The notes beneath the pieces are model-generated. The model was not told the DNA's origin. It saw only the letters and a program-made list of their open reading frames with translations, and did no database searches. The translations under genes and the position numbers were made by a program. From assembly GCF_000027125.1 (NCBI RefSeq), contig NC_017626.1: a stretch of 64,000 nt of DNA. One strand, given 5' to 3'. This stretch comes from Escherichia coli 042. Its GTDB lineage: Bacteria > Pseudomonadota > Gammaproteobacteria > Enterobacterales > Enterobacteriaceae. Of this stretch, positions 1-12,578 are shown one piece after another (within the stretch, counting starts at the first letter, position 1; each line of letters starts with the position of its first letter).

Positions 1-15
1 GAAGGCCTGAAAACT

Positions 16-40
16 AAGGGGGAGAAAGCGTCTCCCCCTT
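16..40 (+). terminator. GC-rich hairpin (10-bp stem aagggggaga/tctccccctt), probable terminator of the upstream off-window gene
   Basis: Perfect inverted repeat seen directly; weak T-tract after it. Confidence 0.45.
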
Positions 41-120
41 CATGTTTAAGTTTTTGTAAAAATGAATTTGTTATCTCCTCCACTGACTACGCTTTAAGCC
101 AGAGTCAATCCGGAGGCGTT

Positions 121-1236
121 ATGCATCGACAATTCTTTTTCTCTGTGCCCCTTATTTGTCTTTCTTCCGCTCTCTGGGCGGCTCCTGCAACGGTAAATGT
201 CGAAGTACTGCAAGACAAACTCGACCATCCCTGGGCGCTGGCCTTTTTACCCGATAATCACGGTATGTTAATCACTCTGCGCGGCGGCGAGTTGCTTCAC
301 TGGCAAGCAGGAAAAGGATTATCTGCGCCGCTTTCCGGAGTGCCGGACGTTTGGGCGCACGGGCAGGGCGGTCTGCTGGACGTGGTTTTAGCGTCTGATT
401 TTGCTCAGTCGCGCCGCATCTGGTTAAGTTATTCCGAAGTTGGCGATGATGGCAAAGCCGGAACTGCTGTGGGTTATGGCCGCTTAAGTGATGATCTCTC
501 AAAAGTGACCGACTTCCGCACCGTCTTTCGCCAGATGCCAAAACTGTCTACCGGCAACCATTTTGGCGGGCGGCTGGTATTCGACGGTAAAGGTTATCTT
601 TTTATTGCTCTGGGCGAAAACAATCAGCGCCCGACGGCGCAGGATCTGGATAAATTACAGGGCAAACTGGTGCGTCTGACCGACCAGGGCGAAATCCCGG
701 ATGATAATCCTTTTATAAAGGAATCCGGTGCGCGCGCCGAGATCTGGTCTTATGGCATTCGTAATCCGCAAGGAATGGCGATGAATCCGTGGAGTAAAGC
801 ACTATGGCTGAATGAACATGGCCCGCGCGGTGGTGATGAAATTAATATCCCGCAAAAAGGCAAAAACTACGGCTGGCCGCTGGCAACCTGGGGAATCAAC
901 TATTCGGGCTTTAAGATACCGGAAGCGAAAGGGGAGATCGTCGCCGGGACCGAGCAACCTGTTTTTTACTGGAAAGATTCGCCCGCCGTGAGCGGCATGG
1001 CCTTCTATAACAGCGATAAATTCCCCCAGTGGCAGCAAAAATTATTTATTGGTGCGCTGAAAGATAAAGATGTCATTGTGATGAGCGTCAACGGCGACAA
1101 AGTGACAGAAGATGGCCGTATTTTAACGGACAGGGGGCAGCGAATTCGTGATGTTCGCACTGGACCCGACGGTTATTTATACGTTCTCACCGACGAGTCC
1201 AGTGGGGAATTACTTAAAGTTAGCCCACGCAATTAG
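121..1236 (+). CDS. yliI: PQQ-dependent soluble aldose sugar dehydrogenase
   Basis: 371-aa ORF with signal-peptide-like N-terminus; recognised sequence and K-12 synteny. Confidence 0.9.
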
Positions 1237-1859
1237 CTAACGGGAATCATCACCACTTTGCGCACTGCTGGGCGTTCAGTGAGTTGCTGATACCAGCGTT
1301 GCAGATTTGGACGCGGTGTCCAGGTCAGGCCAACGTTAAACAAATTGTAGATGAACGGAGCGATAGCGATATCGCCCACACCAAACTCGTCGCCAGAGAA
1401 CCATTTTACTTTTGCCAGTTCCGCATCGAGCAGGGCAAACAGGGCGTCGCACTCTTTACAACTGGCATCAATGGCGGCCTGATCGCGCTCTTCCGGTGGT
1501 GTTCTGACTAATCCCATCAGGATCCCGCGATGGGCATTACTGAGCGTCTGGTTTGCCCAGTCCATCCATTTTTCTGCTTCCGCACGACGTGCCGGTGAGT
1601 CGATCCACAGGCGTTTTTGCCCGTACTGTGCCGCCAGATAGCGGACAATGGCGTTTGATTCCCAAAGAATGAGATCACTTTCGTCGTCACGCAACAACGG
1701 CACCAGCCCGTTAGGGTTCATCGCCAGAAAATCAGCATCGTGATTTATCCCAAACTCACGGCCCGCGAGAATTTGCTCATAAGGTAGTTCCAGTTCTTCG
1801 AGCGTCAGCAATACTTTTTTTACGTTGGTTGAATTATTCCGACCCCACAGCGTAATCAT
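1233..1859 (-). CDS. gstB: glutathione S-transferase
   Basis: ORF 1233..1865; start trimmed to MITLWGRNN to give the 208 aa I remember; convergent 4-bp overlap with yliI. Confidence 0.85.
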
Positions 1860-2105
1860 ACTCACCCCTTTTCCGACAGGCAGCCACAGGCTGAACAGGA
1901 CTCCGATGGTGAAGTAAAGTTAACTTTTAAGCAACAGCTGGCAAAAAAATGACACCAGAAGCAGCGAAGCGGCAGGATATTGCATAAACTTTAAAAACTT
2001 TACCAACTTACGGTTTCTTTAAGTTTGTGTGTGCGTTATTAATCACCGAACTTATCATACGGCGATATAACGTATTTTTTTTGAATGGATACTCGGGTGG
2101 CATTT

Positions 2106-3308
2106 ATGACGCAATACTCCTCTCTCCTTCGTGGTCTTGCAGCGGGTTCTGCATTTTTATTCCTTTTTGCCCCAACGGCATTCGCGGCGGAACAAACCGT
2201 TGAAGCGCCGAGCGTGGATGCGCGTGCATGGATTTTAATGGATTACGCCAGCGGTAAAGTGCTGGCAGAAGGCAATGCGGATGAGAAACTGGATCCCGCG
2301 AGCCTGACTAAAATCATGACCAGCTATGTGGTTGGGCAGGCGCTTAAGGCCGATAAGATTAAACTCACCGATATGGTGACGGTCGGTAAAGATGCCTGGG
2401 CGACGGGAAATCCGGCACTGCGTGGTTCATCGGTAATGTTCCTTAAACCGGGCGATCAGGTTTCGGTGGCAGACCTGAACAAAGGTGTGATTATCCAGTC
2501 CGGTAATGACGCCTGTATTGCGCTGGCCGATTACGTTGCCGGGAGCCAGGAGTCATTTATTGGTCTGATGAATGGTTATGCCAAAAAACTGGGTCTGACC
2601 AACACTACCTTCCAGACGGTGCACGGTCTGGATGCGCCAGGGCAGTTCAGTACCGCGCGCGATATGGCATTGCTGGGTAAAGCATTGATCCACGATGTGC
2701 CGGAAGAGTATGCCATTCATAAAGAGAAAGAGTTCACCTTCAACAAAATTCGTCAGCCTAACCGTAACCGTCTGCTGTGGAGCAGCAATCTGAATGTTGA
2801 TGGCATGAAGACAGGAACCACGGCAGGCGCGGGATATAATCTGGTTGCTTCGGCTACCCAGGGCGATATGCGTTTGATCTCCGTAGTACTGGGTGCGAAA
2901 ACTGACCGTATCCGTTTTAATGAGTCTGAGAAATTATTGACCTGGGGTTTCCGCTTCTTTGAAACCGTGACGCCAATTAAACCTGATGCCACCTTTGTGA
3001 CTCAGCGCGTCTGGTTTGGTGATAAGAGCGAAGTGAATCTCGGGGCAGGTGAAGCGGGCTCAGTGACCATACCGCGTGGGCAGCTGAAAAACCTGAAAGC
3101 GAGTTATACGTTAACGGAACCGCAGCTTACCGCACCGCTGAAAAAAGGTCAGGTTGTCGGGACCATTGATTTCCAGCTTAACGGTAAATCCATTGAGCAG
3201 CGTCCGCTGATCGTGATGGAAAATGTGGAAGAGGGCGGATTCTTTGGTCGGATGTGGGATTTCGTTATGATGAAATTCCATCAGTGGTTCGGCAGCTGGT
3301 TCTCTTAA
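2106..3308 (+). CDS. dacC: D-alanyl-D-alanine carboxypeptidase PBP6
   Basis: SxxK motif (SLTKIMT), signal peptide; start at MTQYSS within ORF 2085..3308. Confidence 0.92.
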   Translation: MTQYSSLLRGLAAGSAFLFLFAPTAFAAEQTVEAPSVDARAWILMDYASGKVLAEGNADEKLDPASLTKIMTSYVVGQALKADKIKLTDMVTVGKDAWATGNPALRGSSVMFLKPGDQVSVADLNKGVIIQSGNDACIALADYVAGSQESFIGLMNGYAKKLGLTNTTFQTVHGLDAPGQFSTARDMALLGKALIHDVPEEYAIHKEKEFTFNKIRQPNRNRLLWSSNLNVDGMKTGTTAGAGYNLVASATQGDMRLISVVLGAKTDRIRFNESEKLLTWGFRFFETVTPIKPDATFVTQRVWFGDKSEVNLGAGEAGSVTIPRGQLKNLKASYTLTEPQLTAPLKKGQVVGTIDFQLNGKSIEQRPLIVMENVEEGGFFGRMWDFVMMKFHQWFGSWFS

Positions 3309-3351
3309 TCTTCTGATAACCGGATGGCGCGAAACGTCATCCGGTTATACG

Positions 3352-4113
3352 TCATTGATACATCAACTTAATACGCTGCGTCTGCGCGTACTTCACATAC
3401 TCATCTTCCGGGCAACAATCGCTCACTACAATATCAAATCGTTTCAGGTCACCCATGCGTGCCGGACGCACCTTGCCAAATTTACTGTGGTCGACAACCA
3501 GCACATGCTTTTGCGCCATCGACATGGCCCAGTGTTTTACCGGCAACTCTTCAAGATTAAAACAGGTAGCTCCCTTACTGACATGCACCCCTGCCGCGGA
3601 ATAAAAAGCGATATCCGGGCAAAAATTATTCAGCGTTTGCTGAAAATCGATGGGTTTGAAAATGGCGTTGCTGGCGTGAAATTCACCACCGCAAAGAAAC
3701 GCGCGGCAATGAGGTTTCTCTTTCAGTGCCAGAAAGGTATTTAGCGAATAACAAACGGCGGTAAAGGGGATTTCATTATCAATTGCTTCAATAATCCACG
3801 GCGTGGTGGTGCCACAGTCAAAAAAGAGGGTCTGATCGGGTTCTACCAGCGTCGCAGCCAGTTTTGCCGCCCGGCGTTTTTCTTCCACCAGGCGGGATTT
3901 TTGATCGCTTAACAGGTAATGGCTGGCGCTGCGCGGTTCCAGAACAATATAGCCGCCGAGCAAAACGACGGGCGCACTGTGGTTGTTCAGATCGCGACGA
4001 ATCGTCATCTCCGAAACCCCAAGCAAGGCGGCGGCGTCTTTAAGATGTAACTTATCGCTGCGTTTTAATTCTTGCAGCAGCTGCCCGATACGCTCTTCGC
4101 GACGTGTTTCCAT
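3352..4113 (-). CDS. deoR: deoxyribose operon repressor DeoR
   Basis: 253-aa ORF with N-terminal HTH; K-12 synteny. Confidence 0.88.
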   Translation of the reverse strand: METRREERIGQLLQELKRSDKLHLKDAAALLGVSEMTIRRDLNNHSAPVVLLGGYIVLEPRSASHYLLSDQKSRLVEEKRRAAKLAATLVEPDQTLFFDCGTTTPWIIEAIDNEIPFTAVCYSLNTFLALKEKPHCRAFLCGGEFHASNAIFKPIDFQQTLNNFCPDIAFYSAAGVHVSKGATCFNLEELPVKHWAMSMAQKHVLVVDHSKFGKVRPARMGDLKRFDIVVSDCCPEDEYVKYAQTQRIKLMYQ

Positions 4114-4170
4114 AATCCCTCTGAATAGTTATTGAAGCGAGCCGCTCAATACTACACTTTTTAGCAGAGA

Positions 4171-4767
4171 TCAGTCACGCACCCAGCCTTTGCGGATCGG
4201 TAATGCAAAACAGAAGCGATACCACGATTGCAGACGTTGATAGAGTTTATGCCCAAACGCTTGCCAGATAATCTGAGCGCTAAGGCAGCCAATCATACCT
4301 GCCAGCAATCCACCGAGCATATCCAGCGGCCAGTGGACGCCAAGATAAACGCGCGACCAGGCAATGACGACGGCCAGCACCATTAAAAGTGAGCCGGACC
4401 ACAGGCGATGCCAGCATAAAAATGCCAGTGCAAAGGTGAAAATCACCGTACCGTGATCGCTCGGGAATGAGTCATCCGCCGCATGATGCAGGAAGTTATA
4501 GCCGATATTTTCGACAAAGGGTCGGTCGTGCGGAAAAAGATGCCCCATCGTCCAGGACACAAACAGGCTGACCGCCAGCGCGATAGCGATTTTTATCACC
4601 AGTTGCCGTTGTGCTGTAAGCCCCCACAACCAAAGTACTGCGGCCAGCAGCGGCACCACGGTAATCAAATCTTTTGCAATAAAAATCGCCAACGAGATCA
4701 TCCACGGCGCAGAGTCTGGCGTCGCGTTAATAAGAGAGAATAGAGAGAGATTCAAATTTTCCAGCAT
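4171..4767 (-). CDS. ybjG: undecaprenyl-diphosphate phosphatase (PAP2 family)
   Basis: Membrane ORF; start trimmed to MLENLN. Confidence 0.85.
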   Translation of the reverse strand: MLENLNLSLFSLINATPDSAPWMISLAIFIAKDLITVVPLLAAVLWLWGLTAQRQLVIKIAIALAVSLFVSWTMGHLFPHDRPFVENIGYNFLHHAADDSFPSDHGTVIFTFALAFLCWHRLWSGSLLMVLAVVIAWSRVYLGVHWPLDMLGGLLAGMIGCLSAQIIWQAFGHKLYQRLQSWYRFCFALPIRKGWVRD

Positions 4768-5051
4768 AACTTCCCGACGCAAAGTGATTAAAAGGGAGCC
4801 AATACAGGCAAGTCGTTGAGAATAAAGTGCAGGTTAAACTGGGTAAAGCGGCATCGTCTTATTTCCCTCAAGCGGCCTGTTTACGGTGGGTGATTGTAAC
4901 GGGCATAGGTTAAATAAAACTTAAAGAAAGCGTAGCTATACTCGCAATAATGTAAGAATGTGCTTAACCGTGGTTTCAGCTACAAAATTCGCTTTCTCGT
5001 TAGCTGCGCTTTTATTAAACTTTGCGCGATTATTATTGGCGAAGAAATTGC

Positions 5052-6284
5052 ATGCAAAATAAATTAGCTTCCGGTGCCAGGCTTGGACGTCAGGCGTTAC
5101 TTTTCCCTCTCTGTCTGGTGCTTTACGAATTTTCAACCTATATCGGCAACGATATGATTCAACCCGGTATGTTGGCCGTGGTGGAACAATATCAGGCGGG
5201 CATTGATTGGGTTCCTACTTCGATGACCGCGTATCTGGCGGGCGGGATGTTTTTACAATGGCTCCTGGGGCCGCTGTCGGATCGTATTGGTCGCCGTCCG
5301 GTGATGCTGGCGGGAGTGGTGTGGTTTATCGTCACCTGTCTGGCAATATTACTGGCGCAAAACATTGAACAATTCACCCTGTTGCGCTTCTTGCAGGGCA
5401 TAAGCCTCTGTTTCATTGGCGCTGTGGGATACGCCGCAATTCAGGAATCCTTCGAAGAGGCGGTTTGTATCAAGATCACCGCGCTGATGGCGAACGTGGC
5501 GCTGATTGCTCCGCTACTTGGTCCGCTGGTGGGCGCGGCGTGGATCCATGTGCTGCCCTGGGAAGGGATGTTCGTCTTGTTTGCCGCATTGGCAGCGATC
5601 TCCTTTTTCGGTCTGCAACGAGCCATGCCTGAAACCGCCACGCGTATAGGCGAGAAACTGTCGCTGAAAGAACTCGGTCGTGACTATAAGCTGGTGCTGA
5701 AGAACGGCCGCTTTGTGGCGGGGGCGCTGGCGCTGGGATTCGTTAGTCTGCCGTTGCTGGCGTGGATCGCCCAGTCGCCGATTATCATCATTACCGGTGA
5801 GCAGTTGAGCAGCTATGAATATGGCTTGCTGCAAGTGCCTATTTTCGGGGCGTTAATTGCGGGTAACTTGCTGTTAGCGCGTCTGACCTCGCGTCGCACC
5901 GTACGTTCGCTGATTATTATGGGCGGCTGGCCGATTATGATTGGTTTGTTGGTCGCTGCTGCGGCAACGGTTATCTCATCGCACGCGTATTTATGGATGA
6001 CCGTCGGGTTAAGTATTTATGCTTTCGGCATTGGTCTGGCGAATGCGGGACTGGTGCGATTAACTCTGTTTGCCAGCGATATGAGTAAAGGTACGGTTTC
6101 TGCGGCGATGGGGATGCTGCAAATGCTGATCTTTACCGTCGGTATTGAAATCAGCAAACATGCCTGGCTGAACGGGGGCAACGGACTGTTTAATCTCTTC
6201 AACCTTGTCAACGGAATTTTGTGGTTGTCGCTGATGGTTATCTTTTTAAAAGATAAACAGATGGGAAATTCGCACGAAGGGTAA
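5052..6284 (+). CDS. mdfA: MFS multidrug efflux transporter MdfA/Cmr
   Basis: 12-TM-like ORF; start MQNKLASG inside ORF 5022..6284. Confidence 0.92.
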   Translation: MQNKLASGARLGRQALLFPLCLVLYEFSTYIGNDMIQPGMLAVVEQYQAGIDWVPTSMTAYLAGGMFLQWLLGPLSDRIGRRPVMLAGVVWFIVTCLAILLAQNIEQFTLLRFLQGISLCFIGAVGYAAIQESFEEAVCIKITALMANVALIAPLLGPLVGAAWIHVLPWEGMFVLFAALAAISFFGLQRAMPETATRIGEKLSLKELGRDYKLVLKNGRFVAGALALGFVSLPLLAWIAQSPIIIITGEQLSSYEYGLLQVPIFGALIAGNLLLARLTSRRTVRSLIIMGGWPIMIGLLVAAAATVISSHAYLWMTVGLSIYAFGIGLANAGLVRLTLFASDMSKGTVSAAMGMLQMLIFTVGIEISKHAWLNGGNGLFNLFNLVNGILWLSLMVIFLKDKQMGNSHEG

Positions 6285-6323
6285 AAAATGCCTGATTGCT
6301 TTGTGCGATCAGGCATTCTCGAA

Positions 6324-6608
6324 TTAATGGTGATGGTCGTCAATCTGGTGTTCGATAACCATCCCTTCACCTACGCTGGCAAGATGGCGAACATAAGGAT
6401 GCGGGCGGTAAGCCGGAGCTGGCGCAGGAGCCACATAGACGGTTTGCGGCACAGTCGCGACGCTGACCGCTTGTGGAACGCTGACTGAATCAGGAACCAC
6501 AACCACTTTGTATCCACTCGGCACATCGACGGTGACACTTTGCGCCATCGCCACACCAGTAAAGCCCATTAAAAGCGCGCCCAACAGTAGACAATTTTTC
6601 ATAATCAT
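6324..6608 (-). CDS. ybjH: small secreted protein YbjH
   Basis: 94-aa ORF with signal peptide; synteny. Confidence 0.75.
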   Translation of the reverse strand: MIMKNCLLLGALLMGFTGVAMAQSVTVDVPSGYKVVVVPDSVSVPQAVSVATVPQTVYVAPAPAPAYRPHPYVRHLASVGEGMVIEHQIDDHHH

Positions 6609-6693
6609 TTCGCCTGAAATAATGCAGCGGGTTAATTTCCGCGAATTATGCAGCCTTCATTCAGGCATTGTGTTGCCGGGCGTGCTGCCGTTT

Positions 6694-7509
6694 TTATTGG
6701 TTAAATGGCGCTTCGTGTTTAAGAACTTTATCGATCACATCCAGTACGCCTTCACGGTTATTGGAGCCTGCCCGGTATTTTGCCGCTGCGACGACCGCGC
6801 TGCCGGCATTTTCCATTGCAAAACTAAAGCCTGCCTGACGCAGCATCTCAATATCGTTACCGCCATCGCCAAAGACCACCACTTCGCTGTCGTCTATTCC
6901 CCATAATTTCTGCAGTTGGCGAAGGCCATTGGCTTTATGTACGCCGGGGATAATCAGATCGATGCTGCCGTTGCCGGTGTGGACCGGCACCATAATATCG
7001 CCGATGGCCTCATGTAATGCTTTTTGTACTTGTGGAATCAGTTCATCGGAAAGATTCAGACCAAACTTAAAGAAGATATCTTCTAAGATGTCAAAGTTAT
7101 CGACGTATTCCAGACGGTGATAATACATTTCCGCCACCGTTTTCATGGCATCGTCATATTTTTTGAGTGTATAGGCGCTATTTTTTCCGCAGGCAATAAT
7201 TTCCACTTCCGGGCGCGTCAGCAAATGTTCCACGACAGTAGCAAACGCATCCTTCGACAGCTCGCCATTAAAAACATCTTTGCCTTCGCTCACTACCCAG
7301 CCGCCGTTTTCAGCCACAAAGGCAATTTCATTAGCAATTTCAGGGAAGAAAGAGATCAACTGATAATATTGATTCCCGCTGGCGACCACAAAGCGAATGC
7401 CTTGTGCTTTCATTTGCTGATACTGAGCCATAAACCGCTCACGGTTATAGGTTTTTTGATCGCTTAAGAAAGTACCATCCATGTCTACCGCAATTAATTT
7501 AATGCTCAT
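6694..7509 (-). CDS. ybjI: HAD-superfamily (Cof-like) phosphatase
   Basis: DxDGT motif (IAVDMDGTFL) at N-terminus. Confidence 0.88.
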   Translation of the reverse strand: MSIKLIAVDMDGTFLSDQKTYNRERFMAQYQQMKAQGIRFVVASGNQYYQLISFFPEIANEIAFVAENGGWVVSEGKDVFNGELSKDAFATVVEHLLTRPEVEIIACGKNSAYTLKKYDDAMKTVAEMYYHRLEYVDNFDILEDIFFKFGLNLSDELIPQVQKALHEAIGDIMVPVHTGNGSIDLIIPGVHKANGLRQLQKLWGIDDSEVVVFGDGGNDIEMLRQAGFSFAMENAGSAVVAAAKYRAGSNNREGVLDVIDKVLKHEAPFNQ

Positions 7510-8717
7510 CAACTATTCTCCATCGCCGTCTGCGTTTTGGTATCGGGTTTGGCGACGGCTTTCGCGACAATAGCCGCGAGAATAACCAGCGCCAGTACAA
7601 CCAGCATTGCACTACGTAATCCATAATGTTCGCCGAGATAGCCCAGCAGCGGCGGCCCGACGAGGAAAGCCAGATAACCGGTCGTTGCTACCACGCTGAC
7701 GCGGGTCGGTGCATCGGGGCCGGTATCGCTGGCGGCAGAAATGGTCAGAGGGAAGCCCAGCGAGGCACCTAGTCCCCAAAGTACAACAGACACTCCTGCG
7801 ACCCAGGCGCTATCGACAAAAATAATCAGCCCAATACCCAACGCCCCCATTAGCGCACTGGCCCGAACCACGGCAACGCGACTGTAACGGTCGATGAACC
7901 AACCGCCAGTGAAGCGTCCAACGGTCATCCCCAGGGTAAAACCGGCATAAATCAGCGAGCCGGAAGTGGGGCTAAAACCGTGACCGTCAACCATTAATAA
8001 GGGTAACCAGTCGTTGGCAGAACCTTCGGCAAAGGCCATCGCCAGCACCACAACACCAATCAGCAGCAACTGGATATCGCGATAAAAAGGTACGCCTTTT
8101 TCGCCATGCTGGGTGCCATCGGCAGCATTTTTGCCCGTACCGTCAGGGATTGCCTGAATGGCGATATAAATAGGCGCGATACCTACCAGCGCCGCCAATA
8201 AAATGTGCACCGTTGCCGGAACGCCAAAGGCCGTCAGTGCCATCCCGACACCAGCGCCTGCCAGCGTGCCCAGGCTATAAAAACCGTGCATCATCGGCAA
8301 AACCGTCTTATTCATTTCTCGCTCAACGGCAGCACCTTCAACGTTTATCGCCACTTCCGCAGAACCAAAACTTGCCCCAAAGACGCCGAGACCAACGGCA
8401 AAGAGCAGGGGCGATGTCAGCCAGAGTGCCAGACTTAGTATCATCATCCCGATCAATGCGCAGGACATCGTGACCAGGATGACATTACGCGTCCCAAAGC
8501 GTTTCACTAACCACGCCGAGCAGAGAATACCGCTCATTGAACCGATCGACAGACCAAAGAGGACTCCGCCCATTTCAGCGATCGAAACAGAAAGAATATC
8601 GCGGATAGCAGGCGTACGGGTTGCCCAGGACGCCATTAACAGGCCCGGCAAAAAGAAGAACATAAACAGCGCCCAGGTTCGGCGTTTCAATGCATTACGT
8701 GAAGAATTTACGGTCAT
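7509..8717 (-). CDS. ybjJ: MFS-type inner membrane transporter
   Basis: 402-aa polytopic membrane ORF; synteny. Confidence 0.85.
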
Positions 8718-8800
8718 AGATCACGTCAAAATAAGAAGAGGGAAGACAACATTAGCAAGGTTGTGTACATTTGTACACAATTGCAGAGAGAGGAAATGAC

Positions 8801-9337
8801 ATGCGTCGCGCTAACGATCCGCAACGGCGAGAAAAAATTATCCAGGCCACGCTGGAGGCGGTGAAACTTTATGGAATACATGCTGTTACGCACCGCAAAA
8901 TTGCTACCCTTGCCGGGGTACCGTTGGGGTCGATGACCTACTATTTTTCAGGAATTGATGAGTTGTTGCTGGAGGCGTTCAGCAGTTTTACTGAGATCAT
9001 GTCCCGGCAATATCAGGCATTTTTTAGCGATGTTAGTGATGCTCCGGGCGCATGCCAGGCTATCACCAATATGATTTACAGCTCACAGGTTGCAACGCCG
9101 GATAACATGGAGCTGATGTACCAGCTCTACGCGCTGGCTAGCCGAAAACCGCTATTAAAAACGGTAATGCAAAACTGGATGCAGCGCAGTCAGCAAACGC
9201 TCGAACAATGGTTTGAACCCGGAACCGCTCGCGCGCTTGATGCGTTTATTGAGGGGATGACGCTGCATTTTGTCACCGACCGTAAGCCGCTATCACGCGA
9301 GGAGATTTTGAGGATGGTTGAGAGGGTTGCAGGGTAG
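8801..9337 (+). CDS. rcdA: TetR-family transcriptional regulator RcdA
   Basis: N-terminal TetR HTH; start MRRANDP inside ORF 8771..9337. Confidence 0.88.
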   Translation: MRRANDPQRREKIIQATLEAVKLYGIHAVTHRKIATLAGVPLGSMTYYFSGIDELLLEAFSSFTEIMSRQYQAFFSDVSDAPGACQAITNMIYSSQVATPDNMELMYQLYALASRKPLLKTVMQNWMQRSQQTLEQWFEPGTARALDAFIEGMTLHFVTDRKPLSREEILRMVERVAG

Positions 9338-9355
9338 TAGATAAATTTCAGGCAA

Positions 9356-9435
9356 CAAAAAACCCATCAACCTTGAACCGAAATGGCGGGGTTGATGGGC
9401 TCCACAAAATGGGGACATCAAAGAAAAGCAGTGGC
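9356..9435 (-). ncRNA. rybB: sigmaE-dependent small RNA RybB
   Basis: Minus-strand sequence GCCACTGCTTTTCTTTGATGTCCCC...GGTTGATGGGTTTTTT matches the RybB sequence I remember, including the terminator hairpin and U-tract; located between rcdA and ybjL as in K-12. Confidence 0.85.
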
Positions 9436-9439
9436 ACTA

Positions 9440-9475
9440 ATTAAGACTGATGCCCTGCGGAAAAGTTCTGCGGTT
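9440..9475 (-). promoter_or_regulatory. putative sigmaE promoter of rybB (-35 GAACTT, -10 TCTTAA)
   Basis: Minus-strand GAACTT, a 16-nt spacer, then TCTTAA just upstream of the RybB 5' end. Confidence 0.5.
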
Positions 9476-9511
9476 GTGCAAAAAAATTTCATTTTCAGGG
9501 CAACTTCAGTT

Positions 9512-11197
9512 TTATCCTAATCCTGGCCATACCATGACGATGATTGTCCCTGCCAGCGTCAGCAGGACGTTGGCGATTGCGTAGGTGCCCGCATAGCCCA
9601 GCGCCGGGATGTTACTGCGAGCTGTATCACTGATGATCTCCATTGCCGGCGCGCAGGTGCGTGCGCCCATCATTGCGCCGAACAACAGTGCGCGGTTCAT
9701 TCGCAATACATAAGCACCGAACAAGAAACAGATAACCACGGGCACCAGACTGACAATCAATCCGGCAATCAACATTTGACCGCCAATTGCGCCCAGGCCG
9801 TTATTAATACCGCTACCGGCGCTCAGACCAACGCCTGCCATAAACACCATCAAGCCGAACTCCTTCACCATGCTTAATGCACCCTGCGGAATGTAACCGA
9901 AGGTCGGGTGGTTCGCGCGCATAAAGCCCAGCATGATTCCGGCGAATAACAACCCGGCAGCGTTCCCCATGCCGAAACTGAATGTGCTGAACTGGAAGGT
10001 GATCATCCCGATCATCAGCCCAATAACAAAGAAGGCGCAGAATGCCAGCAAGTCAGTGACCTGGCTGTGAATCGAGATAAAGCCGATGCGATCGGCGATG
10101 GTTTTTACGCGACGGGCATCGCCGCTGACTTGTAAAACGTCACCTTTGTTAAGCACGACGTTGTCATCAATCGGCATCTCAATCTGGCTACGAATGACGC
10201 GGTTAAGGAAGCAACCGTGATCGGTCAACTTCAGTTGTGCCAAGCGTTTGCCAACAGCGTTATGGTTTTTAACGACCACTTCTTCAGTGACGATACGCAT
10301 GTCGAGAAGGTCACGATCGAAAACTTCTTTGCCATTACGGAAACTGGGATCGAGTCGGGCGTGGGCGTCAGGATAGCCTACCAACGCTATTTCATCGCCC
10401 ATTTGTAGTACGGCATCACCGTCTGGATTTGCCAGAATCCCGTTACGCCGAATACGTTCAATGTAACAGCCAGTTTGTCGATAAATACCCAGTTCACGCA
10501 GATTTTTGCCGTCGGTCCAGGCCACCAGCTCCGGGCCGACGCGGTAGGCCCGGATCACCGGTAAATAAACCTTACGGTTGGCATCAGTGTCCAGGCCACG
10601 TTCGCGGGCGATTTGCTGGGCGCTGGTCTGTAAGTCCTGATGCTGCAATTTCGGCAAGTAACGCGCACCAACAATCAAACTCACCAGACCGATTAAATAG
10701 GTTAAGGCATACCCGAGGCTCAGATTATCCAGTGCCAGTGAGAGCTGCCTGCTTTCCATGCCGGAATGACGCAGTGTATCGCCAGCACCGACCAGAACCG
10801 GTGTTGACGTCATAGAGCCTGCTAACATACCGGCCGTCAGGCCAATATCCCAGCCAAACAGCTTACCTAACCCTAAGGCGATCACCAGCGCACTGCCAAC
10901 CATCACCAGTGCTAACATTAGGTAATTTTTCCCATCGCGAAAAAAAATGGAAAAAAAGTTCGGTCCGGCTTCGACCCCGACGCAGAAAATAAACAGCATA
11001 AAGCCAAGATTAAGCGCGTCGGTGTTAATGCTGAAATGTTGTTGGCCTAATAACAGCGATACGACTAAAACGCCAATGGAATTACCCAGTTGGATCGAAC
11101 CAAGTCGTAACTTTCCGAGACATAGCCCAAGCGCGAGGACCACAAATAATAACAGAATGTAATTCCCATTTAACAATTCGGCGACGTTTATATTCAC
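9512..11197 (-). CDS. ybjL: putative transporter YbjL with TrkA-C-like domains
   Basis: 561-aa ORF; synteny and size. Confidence 0.88.
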
Positions 11198-11466
11198 GGA
11201 GGCTAACTTCTTGTTTACTAGTAAGCTGTTGAAAGAAATGGTAATTTACGATAATGTTTTTTACCAGAATTCAGGGCGCAGATTCATTCAGCGCACCTAA
11301 ACGATAGTAAAGTAACAATATATTTTACTAGTGTAATCACATTAGGTATCAACGGCTATATGAATTGCGTTGGCCTATATTAGCATGGAATGCGAAGCGG
11401 CTTTATCTTACTGAACGCCACACTGGCGAAAAATGTGTTCGATAGACGCAGTGTCAGGAGGAACGA

Positions 11467-11844
11467 GTGAAACATAAACAACGTTGGGCGGGGGCAATCT
11501 GCTGTTTTGTCCTCTTCATTGTGGTGTGCCTTTTTCTGGCAACGCACATGAAAGGCGCTTTTCGGGCTGCCGGGCATCCTGAAATCGGCTTGCTGTTTTT
11601 CATTCTTCCTGGAGCAGTTGCCAGCTTTTTTTCACAGCGTAGAGAAGTCCTGAAACCTCTGTTTGGCGCAATGCTGGCGGCACCCTGTTCAATGCTTATT
11701 ATGCGGCTGTTTTTTTCACCGACGCGCTCATTCTGGCAAGAGCTGGCATGGTTATTAAGTGCGGTGTTCTGGTGTGCGCTGGGGGCACTGTGTTTCTTAT
11801 TTATCAGTAGTTTGTTTAAACCACAGCACAGAAAAAATCAGTAA
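11467..11844 (+). CDS. ybjM: inner membrane protein YbjM
   Basis: 125-aa hydrophobic ORF; synteny. Confidence 0.8.
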   Translation: MKHKQRWAGAICCFVLFIVVCLFLATHMKGAFRAAGHPEIGLLFFILPGAVASFFSQRREVLKPLFGAMLAAPCSMLIMRLFFSPTRSFWQELAWLLSAVFWCALGALCFLFISSLFKPQHRKNQ

Positions 11845-11873
11845 AGCCCTCAACGTGAGGGCTTGTCAGACGA

Positions 11874-12131
11874 TCAGGCGTCCAGATTCTCTTTCACCCA
11901 TGCAGCAAAATCGGTATAGCCGCCGATATGTTGCTGATCGACAAAAATCTGCGGCACGGTTTCTACGGGTTTACCTGCCTTTTGTTGTAGATCTTCTTTA
12001 GTGATCCCTTCCGCACGAATATCAACATACTGATACTGAAAATCATCGCGTTCATTGCTCAATTTCTCAGCCAGATCTTTTGCACGCACACAGTAAGGGC
12101 AACCCGGACGACCAAAAATAACGGTTTGCAT
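11874..12131 (-). CDS. grxA: glutaredoxin 1
   Basis: CPYC active-site motif; start MQTVIFGRPGCPYC. Confidence 0.92.
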   Translation of the reverse strand: MQTVIFGRPGCPYCVRAKDLAEKLSNERDDFQYQYVDIRAEGITKEDLQQKAGKPVETVPQIFVDQQHIGGYTDFAAWVKENLDA

Positions 12132-12290
12132 TATTTCTCTCCTCATAGATTTATGCCTGTAATGATCACGCTAAAATGTATTCGCTGAAAGTAGGTTTAA
12201 CCTGTTGCATTAATTGCTAAAAGCTATAACTGTTAAACACAATACAGTGAAAAGTTTTAGACTGAAGGCTCACTTTGCAGAGGGAAGCGT

Positions 12291-12578
12291 ATGCGCGCGA
12301 TCGGTAAATTGCCTAAAAGCGTGTTGATACTGGAATTTATCGGAATGATGTTGCTGGCGGTGGCGCTGCTGTCGGTAAGCGGCTCCCTGTCGCTGCCTGA
12401 GCCATTTTCTCGGCCAGAAGTGCAGATTCTGATGATTTTTCTCGGTGTTTTGCTCATGCTTCCCGCTGCGGTGGTGGTTATTCTTCAGGTGGCAAAACGT
12501 CTTGCCCCACAGCTGATGAACCGTCCACCGCAATATTCACGTTCAGAAAGAGAAAAAGATAATGACGCCAACCATTGA
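12291..12578 (+). CDS. ybjC: small membrane protein YbjC
   Basis: 95-aa ORF overlapping the nfsA start; synteny. Confidence 0.8.
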   Translation: MRAIGKLPKSVLILEFIGMMLLAVALLSVSGSLSLPEPFSRPEVQILMIFLGVLLMLPAAVVVILQVAKRLAPQLMNRPPQYSRSEREKDNDANH

